DNA from: Eledone cirrhosa
Lineage: Eukaryota
Assembly: GCA_964016885.1 (NCBI GenBank)
Contig: OZ024744.1
Span: 44,764,001-44,828,000 of the forward strand
Direction: 5' to 3'
DNA: 64,000 nucleotides
Shown: piece after piece, positions 1 to 12,300 of the stretch
How the letters are laid out: each line of letters opens with the position of its first letter
Numbering within the stretch: the first letter of the stretch is position 1
Notes under the pieces: model-generated
What the model saw: only the letters and a program-made list of their open reading frames with translations
What the model was told of the DNA's origin: nothing
Database searches by the model: none
Position numbers and translations under genes: made by a program

Positions 1-519
1 TCACTATTGATCAGCTCACCCAACTTTAAAATCCCCCCTTTACAAGTGCCCAGATTCTTTCACTCAACAACAAAGAATGAATAAAGAAAAACTATTTATT
101 AACACATTTAAACCAAATGAAATATGTAATCACTCCCATTAGATTCTCTCTCCCACAAAGAGACCTGTGCCAGACCGCACACACACACGTGTGTGTTATT
201 TTATATATACACTCTCCTACGTCCACACTCATACTCGCTAAAACCATATCCCCAAAATAGAATTTCTTTTACAAACCTACTGTTGCCAATCTCATAGAAT
301 TTATCTCTATCTTACAATTACCCCTCTTCGCCACCCCATCCGACCACTTGACCAGTCCATTAACACAATTGAGATACACACAGATATTAAAAAATTAAAT
401 ATATATCATGTAAGATGGATGAAACGTGCGTTAATTAAATTATGATATAATCAACAACATTTGGTCTTATTTACAATGTAGTATTTGTTCTACGTGTCTA
501 CATAAACATTTGTATTAAG

Positions 520-800
520 CAAGGGCCTTGTTTCAGGGGAGGTACCAGGGGACAAATCCCTCACCCCCACATTTTCAAATGTCTGTGTTTTATTTTTTGT
601 TTATTTGATATAATAAATTCTTTTTAAGCTTATTTTTTTGTTATATCTGAGCTTGATTTGAATATATAAAATTTAATTAGCGTAAAACTTTACTTATGTG
701 ATAGGGTCCGGGAAAGGCACTATAAGCAATTTATGCTCCTTTAAGAATCAACAAATGTTGGTTTGTCCCCCTCACATTTTTAAGGCAAACGAGGCCCCTA
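520..800. mobile_element. hAT-like MITE (281 bp, non-autonomous DNA transposon)
   Basis: Imperfect TIRs CAAGGGCCTTGTTT (520-533) and AAACGAGGCCCCTA (787-800). Perfect 8-bp TSD GTATTAAG at 512-519 and 801-808. Subterminal GGGGACAAA/TTTGTCCCC motifs. An 8-bp TSD with (C/T)AGGG-like ends is typical of hAT. Confidence 0.85.
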
Positions 801-884
801 GTATTAAGGAACTTACGTATTTGTATTAAGGACTTACTCCAGATTATATGTATATATATATGTGTGTGTTTTATTTCATTTCAG

Positions 885-1048
885 CAAGAAAAGATTCCTA
901 ATTTCTCATGAAAATGCATTATCCTGTAATGAATCAGTCGGCTGGTTAATGATTGACACCGATAGAGATACCTGTCCTTTCAATACACCTGGTAGGGACC
1001 CACATATATTTTACTCTAACTTGTCAACACGGACACACTGGATGAACG
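885..1048 (+). CDS. Candidate internal coding exon of a host gene
   Basis: Acceptor TTTTATTTCATTTCAG ends at 884 and donor G/GTAAGT lies at 1048/1049. The frame is open: KKRFLISHENALSCNESVGWLMIDTDRDTCPFNTPGRDPHIFYSNLSTRTHWMN. This non-repetitive Cys/Trp peptide resembles, from memory, an uncharacterised invertebrate extracellular domain (RRF.I...C...GWL...C...P.F.YS...W). Confidence 0.5.
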
Positions 1049-1310
1049 GTAAGTAGTCAACATTAAAGATCATTTGTAAAGATAGCAAATATTTCAACTG
1101 AATTTATTAGCAATATTAAACTTTGGAGTACCACATTGAAAACATAGCTCATGATATTAAAATAATTTTGAAAAAATCAATTTATAGGAGGGATGTAATA
1201 ATACAATTAACTATTTCATTATTAAGATGATGTTTGGAGCATAACTTAATAAAGGTTCTTGTATAAGAATATGGCGCAATGTTTATTGCATTAATTGCAA
1301 TCAGAGTAGC

Positions 1311-2229
1311 ATACAATACATTACATACATGAAGATAGTCTGCTACATAAAAAGTTTGATAATTTATTGCACTTTATATCTGTTTCTTCCTGGCATGAGA
1401 TCTCAAATGGCTTCTGATTCCTGAAAGCCTGTGAAATACCTGTCTTCAAATAATACAATATTTCATTTCGTTCTTGTTTCCACTTTGTGTTTACTTATTG
1501 TATATGTTCAGATGTCACTTCAATCCACCACTTGAGCTGCAAATTTTCTGACAAACATAACACTGGAACTGATTCTTTGCAATGGAATTTGAATAGTCAA
1601 CTTGGACTTTACCATCGTGTGCTCATTGGTGTGACTTCATGCCAGCATTCAAAAGACACACCTTAAGGTGCAGAGAGTATTTAACAACCAATAATGGATA
1701 AGATCTATGATTATTTCTGTTGATCTCATTCTTCCACACTTTCCTTTTCAGTTCTACATGTTTTGCCCTCTCCATTTCAAATGTTTTAACTCGACTCCAA
1801 ATGACATCTCTCCAGGCCTCTCTATCTACTACATATGATTCAAGATTTTTCTAGGATATGTTGAAGCGTTTTAAGTTCACTTTTAGAGAGTCTCTGTATC
1901 TCTTCCTTGGCTTACTATTTATCCTTTTGCCCAGTTTGAGTTCGCCATAAAATATTTTCTTGAGGATACGTCCATCACCCATACGAATCATGTGATCTGT
2001 CCATCTTAACTGATACGTAAAAGCATAGATTGAGTAGAAGTAACTTTTGTCCAAGCAAGAATCTCAGCGAATATGTTCCAGCTTATTCTGAATATATGCT
2101 GAAGGCATTTTTGGTGAAACTGCTCCAACATTTTAACATGCTGTGTGTACAACGTCTATGTCTTGGATGAATAAAATAGTACCGAGAATACAAGTGAGAC
2201 GTATACAGCAATATTCGTCCCCAATCCAA
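1311..2229 (-). mobile_element. Degenerate RTE-clade LINE 3' fragment (RTE-1)
   Basis: Minus-strand remnants HVKMLEQFHQKCLQHIFRISW and QLRWTDHMIRMGDGRILKKIFYGELKLGKR..KPRKRYRDSLK (typical RTE post-RT region). Decayed C2H2 fingers CYVCQKICSSSGGLK*HL and LSGIRSHLRSH. Short TACA tail near 1311-1330. Confidence 0.8.
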
Positions 2230-2318
2230 ATACATGCACACATATACACATACATACATGCATACATACATAATACATACATACATACATACATACATAC
2301 ATACATACATACATACAT
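2230..2318. repeat. (TACA)n microsatellite, the (TATG)n tail of the adjacent RTE
   Basis: Directly visible tandem TACA repeats abutting an RTE 3' terminus. Confidence 0.95.
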
Positions 2319-2929
2319 GGTGGCTGCCAACTCGTTTTCGAGTACGGCCATTACTTTATATCCATGTAGGAGAACCCCTACCGATGCGCTGAACGAGTGT
2401 GACTTTTTAGTCCAGCCAGCGACTTGAAAACTCTGGTACAAACACTACACTTGTGACAATTATTGACACATAGTGCTGGGCCCATGGTACCATGTGACGA
2501 CAAGTGCAGAGAGATCTCCAGATATAAAGCAATGCCTGTGCCGTGAAGCTTTTATAGTGAGCAAAGGCACTGCACAAAGCCAGTCCCACTCTCTTAACCA
2601 AGATAATATTTACCAAAAAGAAGAACAAGTCAACATCATTGGAAACCATCAGGGTTGCAGGTTTTATATCAGAGTTTTCCTTCTCCTAGAATTCTGCCTT
2701 GACAAAGGCTAAGGGGTCATTTCTCCCAGTGATTTTGGATGGCCATTGACTCTAAAGAGCTCCTTTGCCCTTTGACAGGTTTTGTTTTTAGTCCTGCAGG
2801 ATGTCCAAAGTCACCCTCCTCGCCAAGAAACCTTGGTGGGGTTGCCAGTTTAGTCGCCAACGACCCGACCATGGGACAGGTTGTACTGGGATACATGTTA
2901 CCAGTAGCACCAACTGGTGACCTGACACA
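2319..2929 (-). mobile_element. Short RTE-related element (RTE-2), probably internally deleted or non-autonomous
   Basis: Minus-strand C2H2 remnant CSVCTRVFKSLAGLKSH. The 3' terminus ATGGCCGTACTCGAAAACGAGTTGGCAGCCACC-(ATGT)n is homologous to 3918-3950. The GC-richer 2700-2929 part may be a 5' UTR. Confidence 0.6.
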
Positions 2930-3009
2930 ATATATACATATATATATATATACATACATACATACATATACATACATACATACATATATATATATATACA
3001 TACATACAT

Positions 3010-3042
<33 letters not shown>

Positions 3043-3080
3043 CATACATACATATATATATATATACATACATACATATA

Positions 3081-3144
<64 letters not shown>

Positions 3145-3312
3145 CATACATACATACATATATATATACATACATACATACATACATATATATATACATA
3201 CATACATACATATACATACATACATACATATATATATACATACATACATACATATATATATATATACATACATACATATATATATATATACATACATACA
3301 TACATATATATA

Positions 3313-3348
<36 letters not shown>

Positions 3349-3629
3349 CATACATACATACATACATATATATACATACATATACACATATATACATACA
3401 TATATATATATATACATACATATATATATATACATACATATATATATATATACATACATATATACATATATACATACATATATATACACATACATACATA
3501 CATATACATATACATACATATATATATATATACATACATACATATATATATACATACATACATATATATATATACATACATACATACATATACATACATA
3601 CATATATATACATACATACATACATATAC

Positions 3630-3663
<34 letters not shown>

Positions 3664-3917
3664 ACATACATATATATATATACATACATACATATATATA
3701 CATACATACATATATATACATACATACATATATATACATACATACATATATATATATACATACATACACATATACATACATATATATATACATACATACA
3801 TATATATACATACATACAAACATATACATATACATACATATATACATATACATACATATATATATACATACATATATATATACATACATACATACATACA
3901 TACATACATACATACAT
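2930..3917. repeat. ~1-kb compound (TACA)n/(TA)n microsatellite
   Basis: Directly visible. It begins as pure (TATG)n at the RTE 3' terminus at 3918. Confidence 0.97.
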
Positions 3918-3960
3918 GATGGCTGCCCCCTCATTATCGAGTATGGCCATTGCACGAGAA
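3918..3960 (-). mobile_element. Detached 3' terminus of an RTE element (probably RTE-3, body at 62803-64000)
   Basis: GATGGCTGCCCCCTCATTATCGAGTATGGCCATT matches GGTGGCTGCCAACTCGTTTTCGAGTACGGCCATT (2319-2352). Both run into (TACA)n. Confidence 0.7.
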
Positions 3961-3971
3961 AAAAAAAATAT

Positions 3972-4032
3972 TAATAACAATAATAATAATAATAATAATA
4001 ACAACAAAAATAATAACGACAACAACAACAAT
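3972..4032. repeat. Degenerate (AAT/AAC)n tract, left boundary of the array
   Basis: Directly visible. Confidence 0.9.
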
Positions 4033-7000
4033 GCTTTCTTTATTAACCACAAGGGTTTACATAAAGTAGACATTAAGGACAGTACAGGACAATACAGGAC
4101 GGTAAAAATGGGCATTTCTGCGTGTAAAAAATGCTGGGAAGAGAGCACTTCCCTCTCTACCCTGATTTTCCTTTTCAAATGAAATTTGAAAAAGTTAATC
4201 AGGGTATCACCGAAGAGGTAAGTGCTCGTCTTCAGCCCTTTCAAACGTGTCCACCATACTATCTCTTTCGTCATGGCCACTAGACAGATAAAAACTGCCT
4301 GCCCTTCCCGGCTAAAGGGAGAGGGCGGGGCATCCTCACGATGGACTCAGCTGATAGCTGGATCCGTTCTACACGTGACAGCAGGTGTTCGACATAAACC
4401 CACAAGTCAGCAATGCTCGGACACTGGACGAGTGCGTGCAGGACGGTTTCGTCACCCTGCGCGCATCTCGGACATGCCCGGCTGACGGCACCTCCATGCC
4501 TGTAGAGTTTATCCCGAACTGGCATGGCTCCCCGGTAGCACTGCCAGGCCAGGGATTTCTGGAAGTTGTCCATAGGCCCCGGCTAGAAAGTCCTTCCGAA
4601 GAGATTGGCTAGTTGATTTTCGTCGACGCCTAGAGTTTCTCCAAGTACGTCGTCGCTCTTCCTCCCCACTAATCCTCTATAGAACGCCAAGATGGAGTTT
4701 CCACCGATCGCATTGCCCGATTGGTCGAGGCCTGTGAGCGCCTGAAGACATTCCAGTCTCCAAGCGCTCCCTCTCGGTCTTCGCTTGACCCAGGACTGCA
4801 GCTCCGTCAAGGAGACGAGCTGGGGAAAGACGTGTCTAGCAAACGGCAACTACACCTGATACCCGTTGAGGAAGAGGTGGAGATGTCGTAGACTGAGCGC
4901 GTGTCTGCACATCATCAGCCACGGCATGCCCAGCCCTCCACGTAGCGGGTGTTGACAGCAGATGGACCGCCTGACCATCGGAGCACGTCCCTTCCACAAA
5001 AAGCGAAAGAGCAAACGCTCCAGCGCAGTCAGGCGGGGCTTAGGACAGGGTAAGACGGTCAGGCGGTAGTAGATGACGGATGCGATGTACGCGTTGGCCA
5101 CCTCCGCTCGACCTTTCAGGGATAGCTTCCTCTCCGCCCATTTCTGGGTGAGAGAAGCAATCCTGATCGCACCTCGTCCCAGTTTTTGTCCGTCTGGAGG
5201 TTCGGCCCGAAACAGACTCCTAGCAATTTAACCGGTCCGTCCGTCCAGCGCCCGACGACGCTGTTGGACGGCATGGACCTGCCTCTCCAGGTGCCGAGCT
5301 GCAGCCCCACTGACTTTTCCTGGTTGATCATTGCTCCTGCCACCGCTTCGTATTCTCTTAGTGTAGTGCCGATTGCCTCGATGTGTTTGGCGTTCGACAC
5401 CACTACGGTGACATCGTCCGCATATGCTGACACGGATCTTCCGCATCCTAGTTCGCGCGGGACCCCCCTCAACGTCTCCAGTTTGTGCAGTAATGGCCCG
5501 AGAGTCAATACGAACGAGAGGGACGAGAGGGGACATCCTTGGCGGACTGAGCACATCATGTTGAACGGTTCCGAAAGGTGACCGTTCACTCTCACCACAG
5601 AGCAGATGTCGCTGTGCATGGCAGCGATCCAGCCTCTGAAGACGGGCCCTAAGCCTGCCGCCCTCAGGACTGCCGCTAGGTAACGATGGTCGACCCAATC
5701 GAATGCTTTCGACTGATCTAAATTGATCAAGGACCCACCCGTACCAGGTTCCCTAGCTACCCTCTCTACGATGTATCGCATGAGGTGGAGGTTGTCGTGG
5801 GTGGATCTGTCTGGAATGGCGCATGTCTGCGAATCTCCCACCAGATCACCAACGACAAGTGCCAACCTCTTTGCTAGCACCTTGGCCAATATCTTGAACT
5901 CTGTGTTTAGCAGTGTTATGTCCTGAAATTATCTATGTTATCCCCCTTGTTCGAATCCTTTCTCAGCAGCGCCACAGCTCCTGGGCTCACAGAGCTGGGA
6001 ATTCTCCCGTTCTGTTGCCAGTTGCAGTAGACGTCCGCCAAGAGGCCTCCGAACAAGTCTGGCATCTGTACGTAAAGTTCATAGACCATCCAAACCATGC
6101 GATTTACCCCTTGTGCAGCCAGTCATTGCCTTCCGTACTTCAGCGGCTGTTATCGGCTTTTCGCAACCCTCCGCCTCAGTGGCCGAGAGCCGCGGCAGTA
6201 CGTCGAGGTAGACACTAAACTCCATCCCTCGATTCGGCCCGCCGCTGCCCCCGAACAGCTGTGCGAAGTGTCGCTGAAAAGCTTCACACATTTGCCCGGG
6301 ATCGAGTAGCATACGCCCGTCGTGGTCCACCAAAGACCGGATCGTGGCTTTGTTGCCACAACGCGCCTCCGCCACTCGGGCCCATTGAACGGCTTTCGTC
6401 CCCTCGTGTCTGAGAGCACGCACCCTAGCTCTGACAACAGAGCCTTCGTGCTTTGCATTGAAGAATTTATCAAGGGCCAATTTCGCCGCAAGTACGTCGG
6501 TCGCGATGCCTTTGCTAAGCGCCTCGTCTAATTTTCTAACTCGTTCTCCCTCTGCTCTATTTTTCTCTATTGCTAAAGCCTTGCTTAACCTAATGGACTC
6601 TATTCTAATTGCTCTTTTCAGAGCAAACCACCACTTGTTGTTGACGATGGCCCCCGTCAACGCCCGCTTAACTAGTTCGCTAATCCGGTCTCTGTAGGCC
6701 TTGCGCGCTGGTAAGGACGCGTTTAGCTTCCAGTAGCCGGGTCCTCTCTATGAAGCCTATCTAAGTCAAGCACACAGATCACGAATTTGTGGTCTGTGTA
6801 GCTGACTATCTTGAATTGTGGACAGCCTATGCTAGATCTATCTATTTCCCTACAAAATACTGTATCTAGATATGATCTGGATGACCCCATGCGATTGGCA
6901 CATTCGGGAAATCCAATCGCTACCTGTCAGACAGTTCAAAACGCCTGAGCAGGTTGGTGAAGCTTTTGCACCCTCCTCCCCTATGCGCTGATCCCACACC

Positions 7001-9306
7001 GTCCCAGCGTGCATCTAAGATCCCGTTCCATGTCGCCCACTAACACTAAAGAGCGGGACGTTCCAAGAAAAGTCTCCAGACACCGGAAGAAATCAGGCCG
7101 CCCTGCTCCTGTCGGGGCATAGACGGCCACTATCCTGAAAGCTTGCCCGTCTCCGCTGGTCACGTCCAGCACCACCAACTTACCTTCTGGGTCCAGGAAG
7201 ATGGCCCGTATGGCGAGATCCAAACCTCTCCGAAAAAGCACAGCAACTCCCCCCTCCGATCCCGGACGGCTGGGAGATGCGTACACATCGTAGCCGCCGA
7301 AGATCGCTGCGAAGGCCCGTGCTTCGGAGATTCTGGTCTCGCTGATGGCCACTACATCTATGTTTAGTGACCTGAGGTCGTTGAGCAGGTGGCCCTGCTT
7401 CCATGACGACCCCAAGCCACGCGCATTTATGCTGCCTATTCTGAGTGGGGTCATGTTGAAACGGAGCGGAAAAGATGGGAAAGACCACTTACTTTACTTC
7501 TCGTTGAGGAAGGATGATTTGTCCATCCTTTTCACTGCTTGTGGCCTCCTCCGGAAGGATGTCCTTATAAATCCTCCTGAAGAGTGTTTGTCGAAGTGTC
7601 CGATGTGTTTGGGGAATTTTTGTTTTAGTTTCGTGTACGTTTTCTGTGTGATACGAGTGATTTGTATGTGTGGAGGTGGTGTGAACTTTTGGGTTGTTGT
7701 GGGGTCTTTTTCTGTGATGCTGGTGTTATGTTGGATGTAGTGTAATAATTGGTTGTTCAAATTTAATGCTGTGTAGTGTGTAACGTTTTGGTTTTGTTTT
7801 GTTTGCGTTTGTTTCTGTTTAGTCTTTTGGTGACTTTTGTGGTGTTGGTGATGGTGGTGTTGGGGTTAATGATGGTGATGGTGTTGGTGTTTGTGGTGAT
7901 GGGGTTGGTGATGCTGGTGTGGATGGTGGCATATCTGTCCTAACTTTTTTCTTTGATATTTTATTTGTTTCCCTCTGTATTTTGTTTTTGGAGGGGGAGG
8001 GAAGTGAATTTTTTCCTTTTTGGTTTCTTATTTTCTTTTTTCCTGATACCGTTTCCCACTCCTCGTCGTCACCATCTGTCTCCAGTTGTGATAGGCCGGG
8101 AATGGAAAATCCTCCACAGGCGTTAGTTTTGGTTGTGGCGTGGTGGATGGTGTAGGCGCTGGTGCTAGTTCTGATGCGTTGGGTGGTGGTGGTGTTGGTT
8201 TTGCTACTGTTGCTGGGGTTGTTGCTGTTATAGTTGCTTCTGTTGTTGCTGCTACAGTTGTTGCTGCCATCTCTGCTCCTGGTGGTGTTGATGGTTGAGT
8301 CACTGGGGTGGGTAGGAGAGGTGGCCTCAACCTTTTAGCCTGAGGGCAGAAAGCCCTTAGGTGGGTTCCTTCACCACAAACGACACACCTAGGCCTTCTG
8401 CCCTCGACGATTACGGTGAGGTGGCTGCCGTCAGTGAGGTCTATTACCTCTGGGATCTCCTCAATGCTTTTTTGGTCCGCTTGGATCAGGAGCTCCATCC
8501 CAGATCTGGACCAGTTCTCCTGCTTTTCTTTCGCTATTTCGATTATCTTGGTGTTAGCTTCGAAGCCGGCGAGGACGGCATCTATTAGCTAGGGAATTTC
8601 GATGGCCGTTGGAACGTGGGTCAGCCTGATCTTCACGAGTCTCTGGCCACAATAGTTTGGGACGTGTGTGAAGTCGTCACTTCTTAATGGGGCCATGGAG
8701 TTTTCTCTAGCCTCCTGTGGGGTTTCAAAGAACACGTCCACGGTTCCATATTTCTGCCCACGTCTGATGTGGGTTTTTTTGCCCACACATGTCCCAAAGC
8801 TTTTTGGATTTGGGACTCGGATGCCCGTTCCACTCGGCGCGACTTTATGCTAATCGTCCGATAAGACACGGTGCATAGGCGCCGATGCTCCATTTTATTA
8901 GGTGGGGTGGGGTGAGGCTGGCCCTCTACCCATCTTTCTTTACCATTTTTGGGGGTTTCTTATAATTCCTCCTGAGTTACCTGGAATGCTTCGCACTGTG
9001 TTACTACTCTGGCAAACTCAGGGTGGTTTTCTTAATTTATTTGTTGCTGTTATCGTTATTTTTGTTATTGTTAATTTTTGTTTCAGTTGTGGTGGTGGTG
9101 GCGTCAGTGGTGTTCGGTGTGGAAGAGTTAATTTTGGTTGAATTCATTTCGATATCACGAGTTAATTTATCTTTTTCTTTTGTTTCTGTTGTCGCTGTGG
9201 TGGTGGTGGGGGTGGCGGCTTTAACACCTGCAGTCATTGGTAATGGCGGGAAATGAATGTCTGCCTGAGACAAATTTAAAATGTTGCTACTGCTTATATT
9301 TTTAGT
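4033..9306 (-). mobile_element. Tx1/L1-type LINE copy E1 (family A), decayed, 5' end lost
   Basis: Family A 3'UTR with AATAAA. Frameshifted ORF2 from ATG 7454 (SINARGL..ISETR; LDQSKAF; QGCPLS; YADD; CPRC..H...C). ORF1 remnants with CVVCGEGTHLRAFC. Fused to E2 at about 9303-9306. Confidence 0.93.
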
Positions 9307-12300
9307 AGTAGAATACGGACGCGATGTTCGCATTCGCCACCTCCGCGCGACCTTTCAGTGATAGCTTCCTCCCAGCCCATTTTTGGGTGAGACTGGCTAC
9401 TCTGCTCGTTACCTCGTCCCAATTCTTTTCCACCTGGAGGTCTGGTCCGAACCAAACCCCGAGCAACTTTACCGGTCCGTCCGTCCAGCGCCCCACGACG
9501 CTGTTGGACGGCATAGGCTTGCCTCTCCAGGTTTCGAGCTGCAAGCCCACCGACTTTTCCGGGTTAAATTTGGCTCCTGTCAACCTTTCATATTCCTTCA
9601 ATAAGGTGCCGACCACCTCGATTTCTGAGGTGTTCGACACCATCACGGTGATGTCCGCATAAGCCGACACCGCCTTTCCACGTCCCGGTTCGAGCGGGAT
9701 GCCCTGCAACACTTCCGCAGTAAAGGCTCGAGAGTCAATACGTACAGAAGAGAATAGAGAGGGAACCCTTGACGGACCGATCGGGAGTGCCGAAATGGTT
9801 CCGAGAGGTGGCCATTAACCTTGACCACCGAACGTGTTCCGCTGTGCATTGCAGCGATCCAGCTTCTGAAGACAGGGCCGAAGCCAGCTGCTCTGAGGAC
9901 AAACTCCAGATACCGATGGTCGACCGTATCGAATGCTTTCGATTGATCTAAATTGATCAGTGCCCCCACTGAAGCCAGGTTTACACCCTACCCTCTCTAT
10001 GATGTAGCGCATGAGGTGGAGATTGTCGTGTATGGACCTGGCTGGGATTGCGCAAGTTTGCGCCTCCCCAACCAAATCCTCGATGACAAGCGCCAATCTC
10101 TTTGCAAACACCTTGGCCAAAATCTTAAACTCTGTGGTGAGCAGAGTTATGGGCCTGAAGTTGTCTAATGTATCCCTCTTGTTCTCGTCTTTCCTTATAG
10201 CGTCACCACTCCCCTGCTCACAGAACTGAGAATACTCCCATTCTGCTGCCAGTTGCAGTAGAGTGCTTCGAGGAGATTGGAGAACAAGTCTGTCATATTT
10301 ACGTAAAGCTCGTAGGGCAGACCATCCAAACCGGGTGACTTGCGCCTCATGCAGCCGACAAGGGCGTCCTGAATTTCGGCTGAACTAATCAGCCTTTCGC
10401 AGCCCTCAGCGTCGACCGTCGAGATGCGCGGCAAGCCGTCAAGGTAGGGACTGAAATCCGCTACTCTCTCTGACTCACCGCTCTCCCCGAACAACCGAGC
10501 AAAGTGCTGGCAAAAGGCCTCACACATCCGCTTGGAATCGCTTATCTCGTGTCCGTCTCGGTTCGCCAAAGACCGAATTGTTGTTTTATTACCACGCTGC
10601 GCTTCCGCCACGCGGGCCCATCGAACAGCTTTGGTTCCCTCGTTTCTCAGCACACGCGCCTTAGCTCTGACAATGCAACCTTCGTGTTTTGCATTGAAGA
10701 GATGGTATAATGCCATTCTCGCCACTAGCACGTCAGTTGCAATGCCACTACAATTAGCCTCGTCTAACTTATCTATCAGCTCACCCTTCTTTCTATATTT
10801 CTCTAACGCTAGTTCTTTGCTGAACTCTATCGAAGTTACTCTAATCTCTCTTTTGAGAGCCCCCCCCACCACCACCACCACCATCTGTTGTTGATGATCC
10901 CCCCTGTCAACTTTTGCTTAACTAAATTGTTGACTCGGTCCCTGTAAGCCTTACGTGCCGGAAATGACATGTTCAGCTTCCAGTAACCAGGTCCTAACCT
11001 ACACGTTTTATCTAGGTCGACCGTACAGATCACAAATTTGTGATCTGAATAAACGACCGTTTTAAAAAGTGGGCAGCCCACACTATTTCTATCTATTTTC
11101 CTAATGAAGATCCTGTCTATATACGATCTAGATGACCCTATGCGGTTGGTTCATGTCCATAATGGCACATTGGGGAAATCTAGTCGATACCTGTCAGACA
11201 TTTGGAACTGGCTGAGTAGGTGCTTGAGGCTTTTGAACCCCCCGCTCCTATCGGCTACTCCCACACAATCACAGCGTGCGTCTAATATTCCATTCCAGTC
11301 CCCTGCTAACAGTAAAGGGCGAGACGTACCCAGAAAGGTCTTCAGGCGCCTAAAGAAGTCCGTCGTCCGGCCCCTGTAGGAGCGTAGACGACCAGCAGTC
11401 TAAAGGCACCACCTTCGCTACTGCTGACATCCAAGACCACCAACTTACTGTCCAGGTCCCGGAAGATCGACCTTACCTCGAGATCCAATCCTTTCCTAAA
11501 CAGAACTGCCCCCCCCCCCCCCCCATTCCCGGTCTGCTAACAGATGCGAAGATCTGATAGTCGTCGAAAATGTCGGCTAGTGCGCGCGTGTCGGAAATTC
11601 TGGTCTCGCTGACGACAATCACATCCATTTCAAGCGACCTGAGGTCTTTGAGCAGGCGACCCTGCTTCCAGGGTGACACCAGGCCGCGAACATTTAAGCT
11701 TCCTACTCTTAATATGGCCATGTTGGTAAGCTAAGAGAGAGAGGGAAGGTTTACTTACCTCCCGGAGTCTTGTGAAGGTCGGGTGATTCTACCTCCATGG
11801 TTGGTGGGGTTTCTTTTGGGAACCCATTTAAAAGTCTCGATGTGGGTTTCACATTCGGGGTTCCCACGTCTTAAGGAAAGCTCTCTCGAATTTCTTTGAA
11901 GGAATTGACTGACATTCCGACCAGAAGCAAATCTTCTGGCACGCAAAATGTGCTCATTTCAAAAATCTCCCCCTCTGTTTGAATGTCCTCGTTCGTGCTA
12001 AGAGGGCCATCAGTTTATTGTTGGCCCTTCTGACAAGCACGAAGTTTTTAACATTTCGTTGGTGTGGTTTTATTTGTTTTCGTTTTGGTGACTGGTGGTG
12101 ATGGTTTTGGTGGTGTTGTTTCAGGTATGTCTGTGTTTGTTGTAGGTGTGGTGTCTGCAATTTCAGGTATTTGTGTGTTTATTTGTACTTGTGTTTGTTT
12201 AGGTTGTTTGCGTTTCGGGGATTGTGGGGGTGGTGTCGATGTTGCTGTTGGTGCTGATGTTATTGGGGAAGTGTTTGCGTTAGTGGTGTCTGTATTTTTT

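Noticed and set aside
1-500. Possible element or gene in the first 500 bp
   Set aside because: No recognisable ORF, termini or motif beyond a short CA/TG patch.
2083-4280. Long ORFs of 373-460 aa rich in Y/M/V/C/I/H/T
   Set aside because: They are stop-free translations of TACA/TA microsatellites, not genes.
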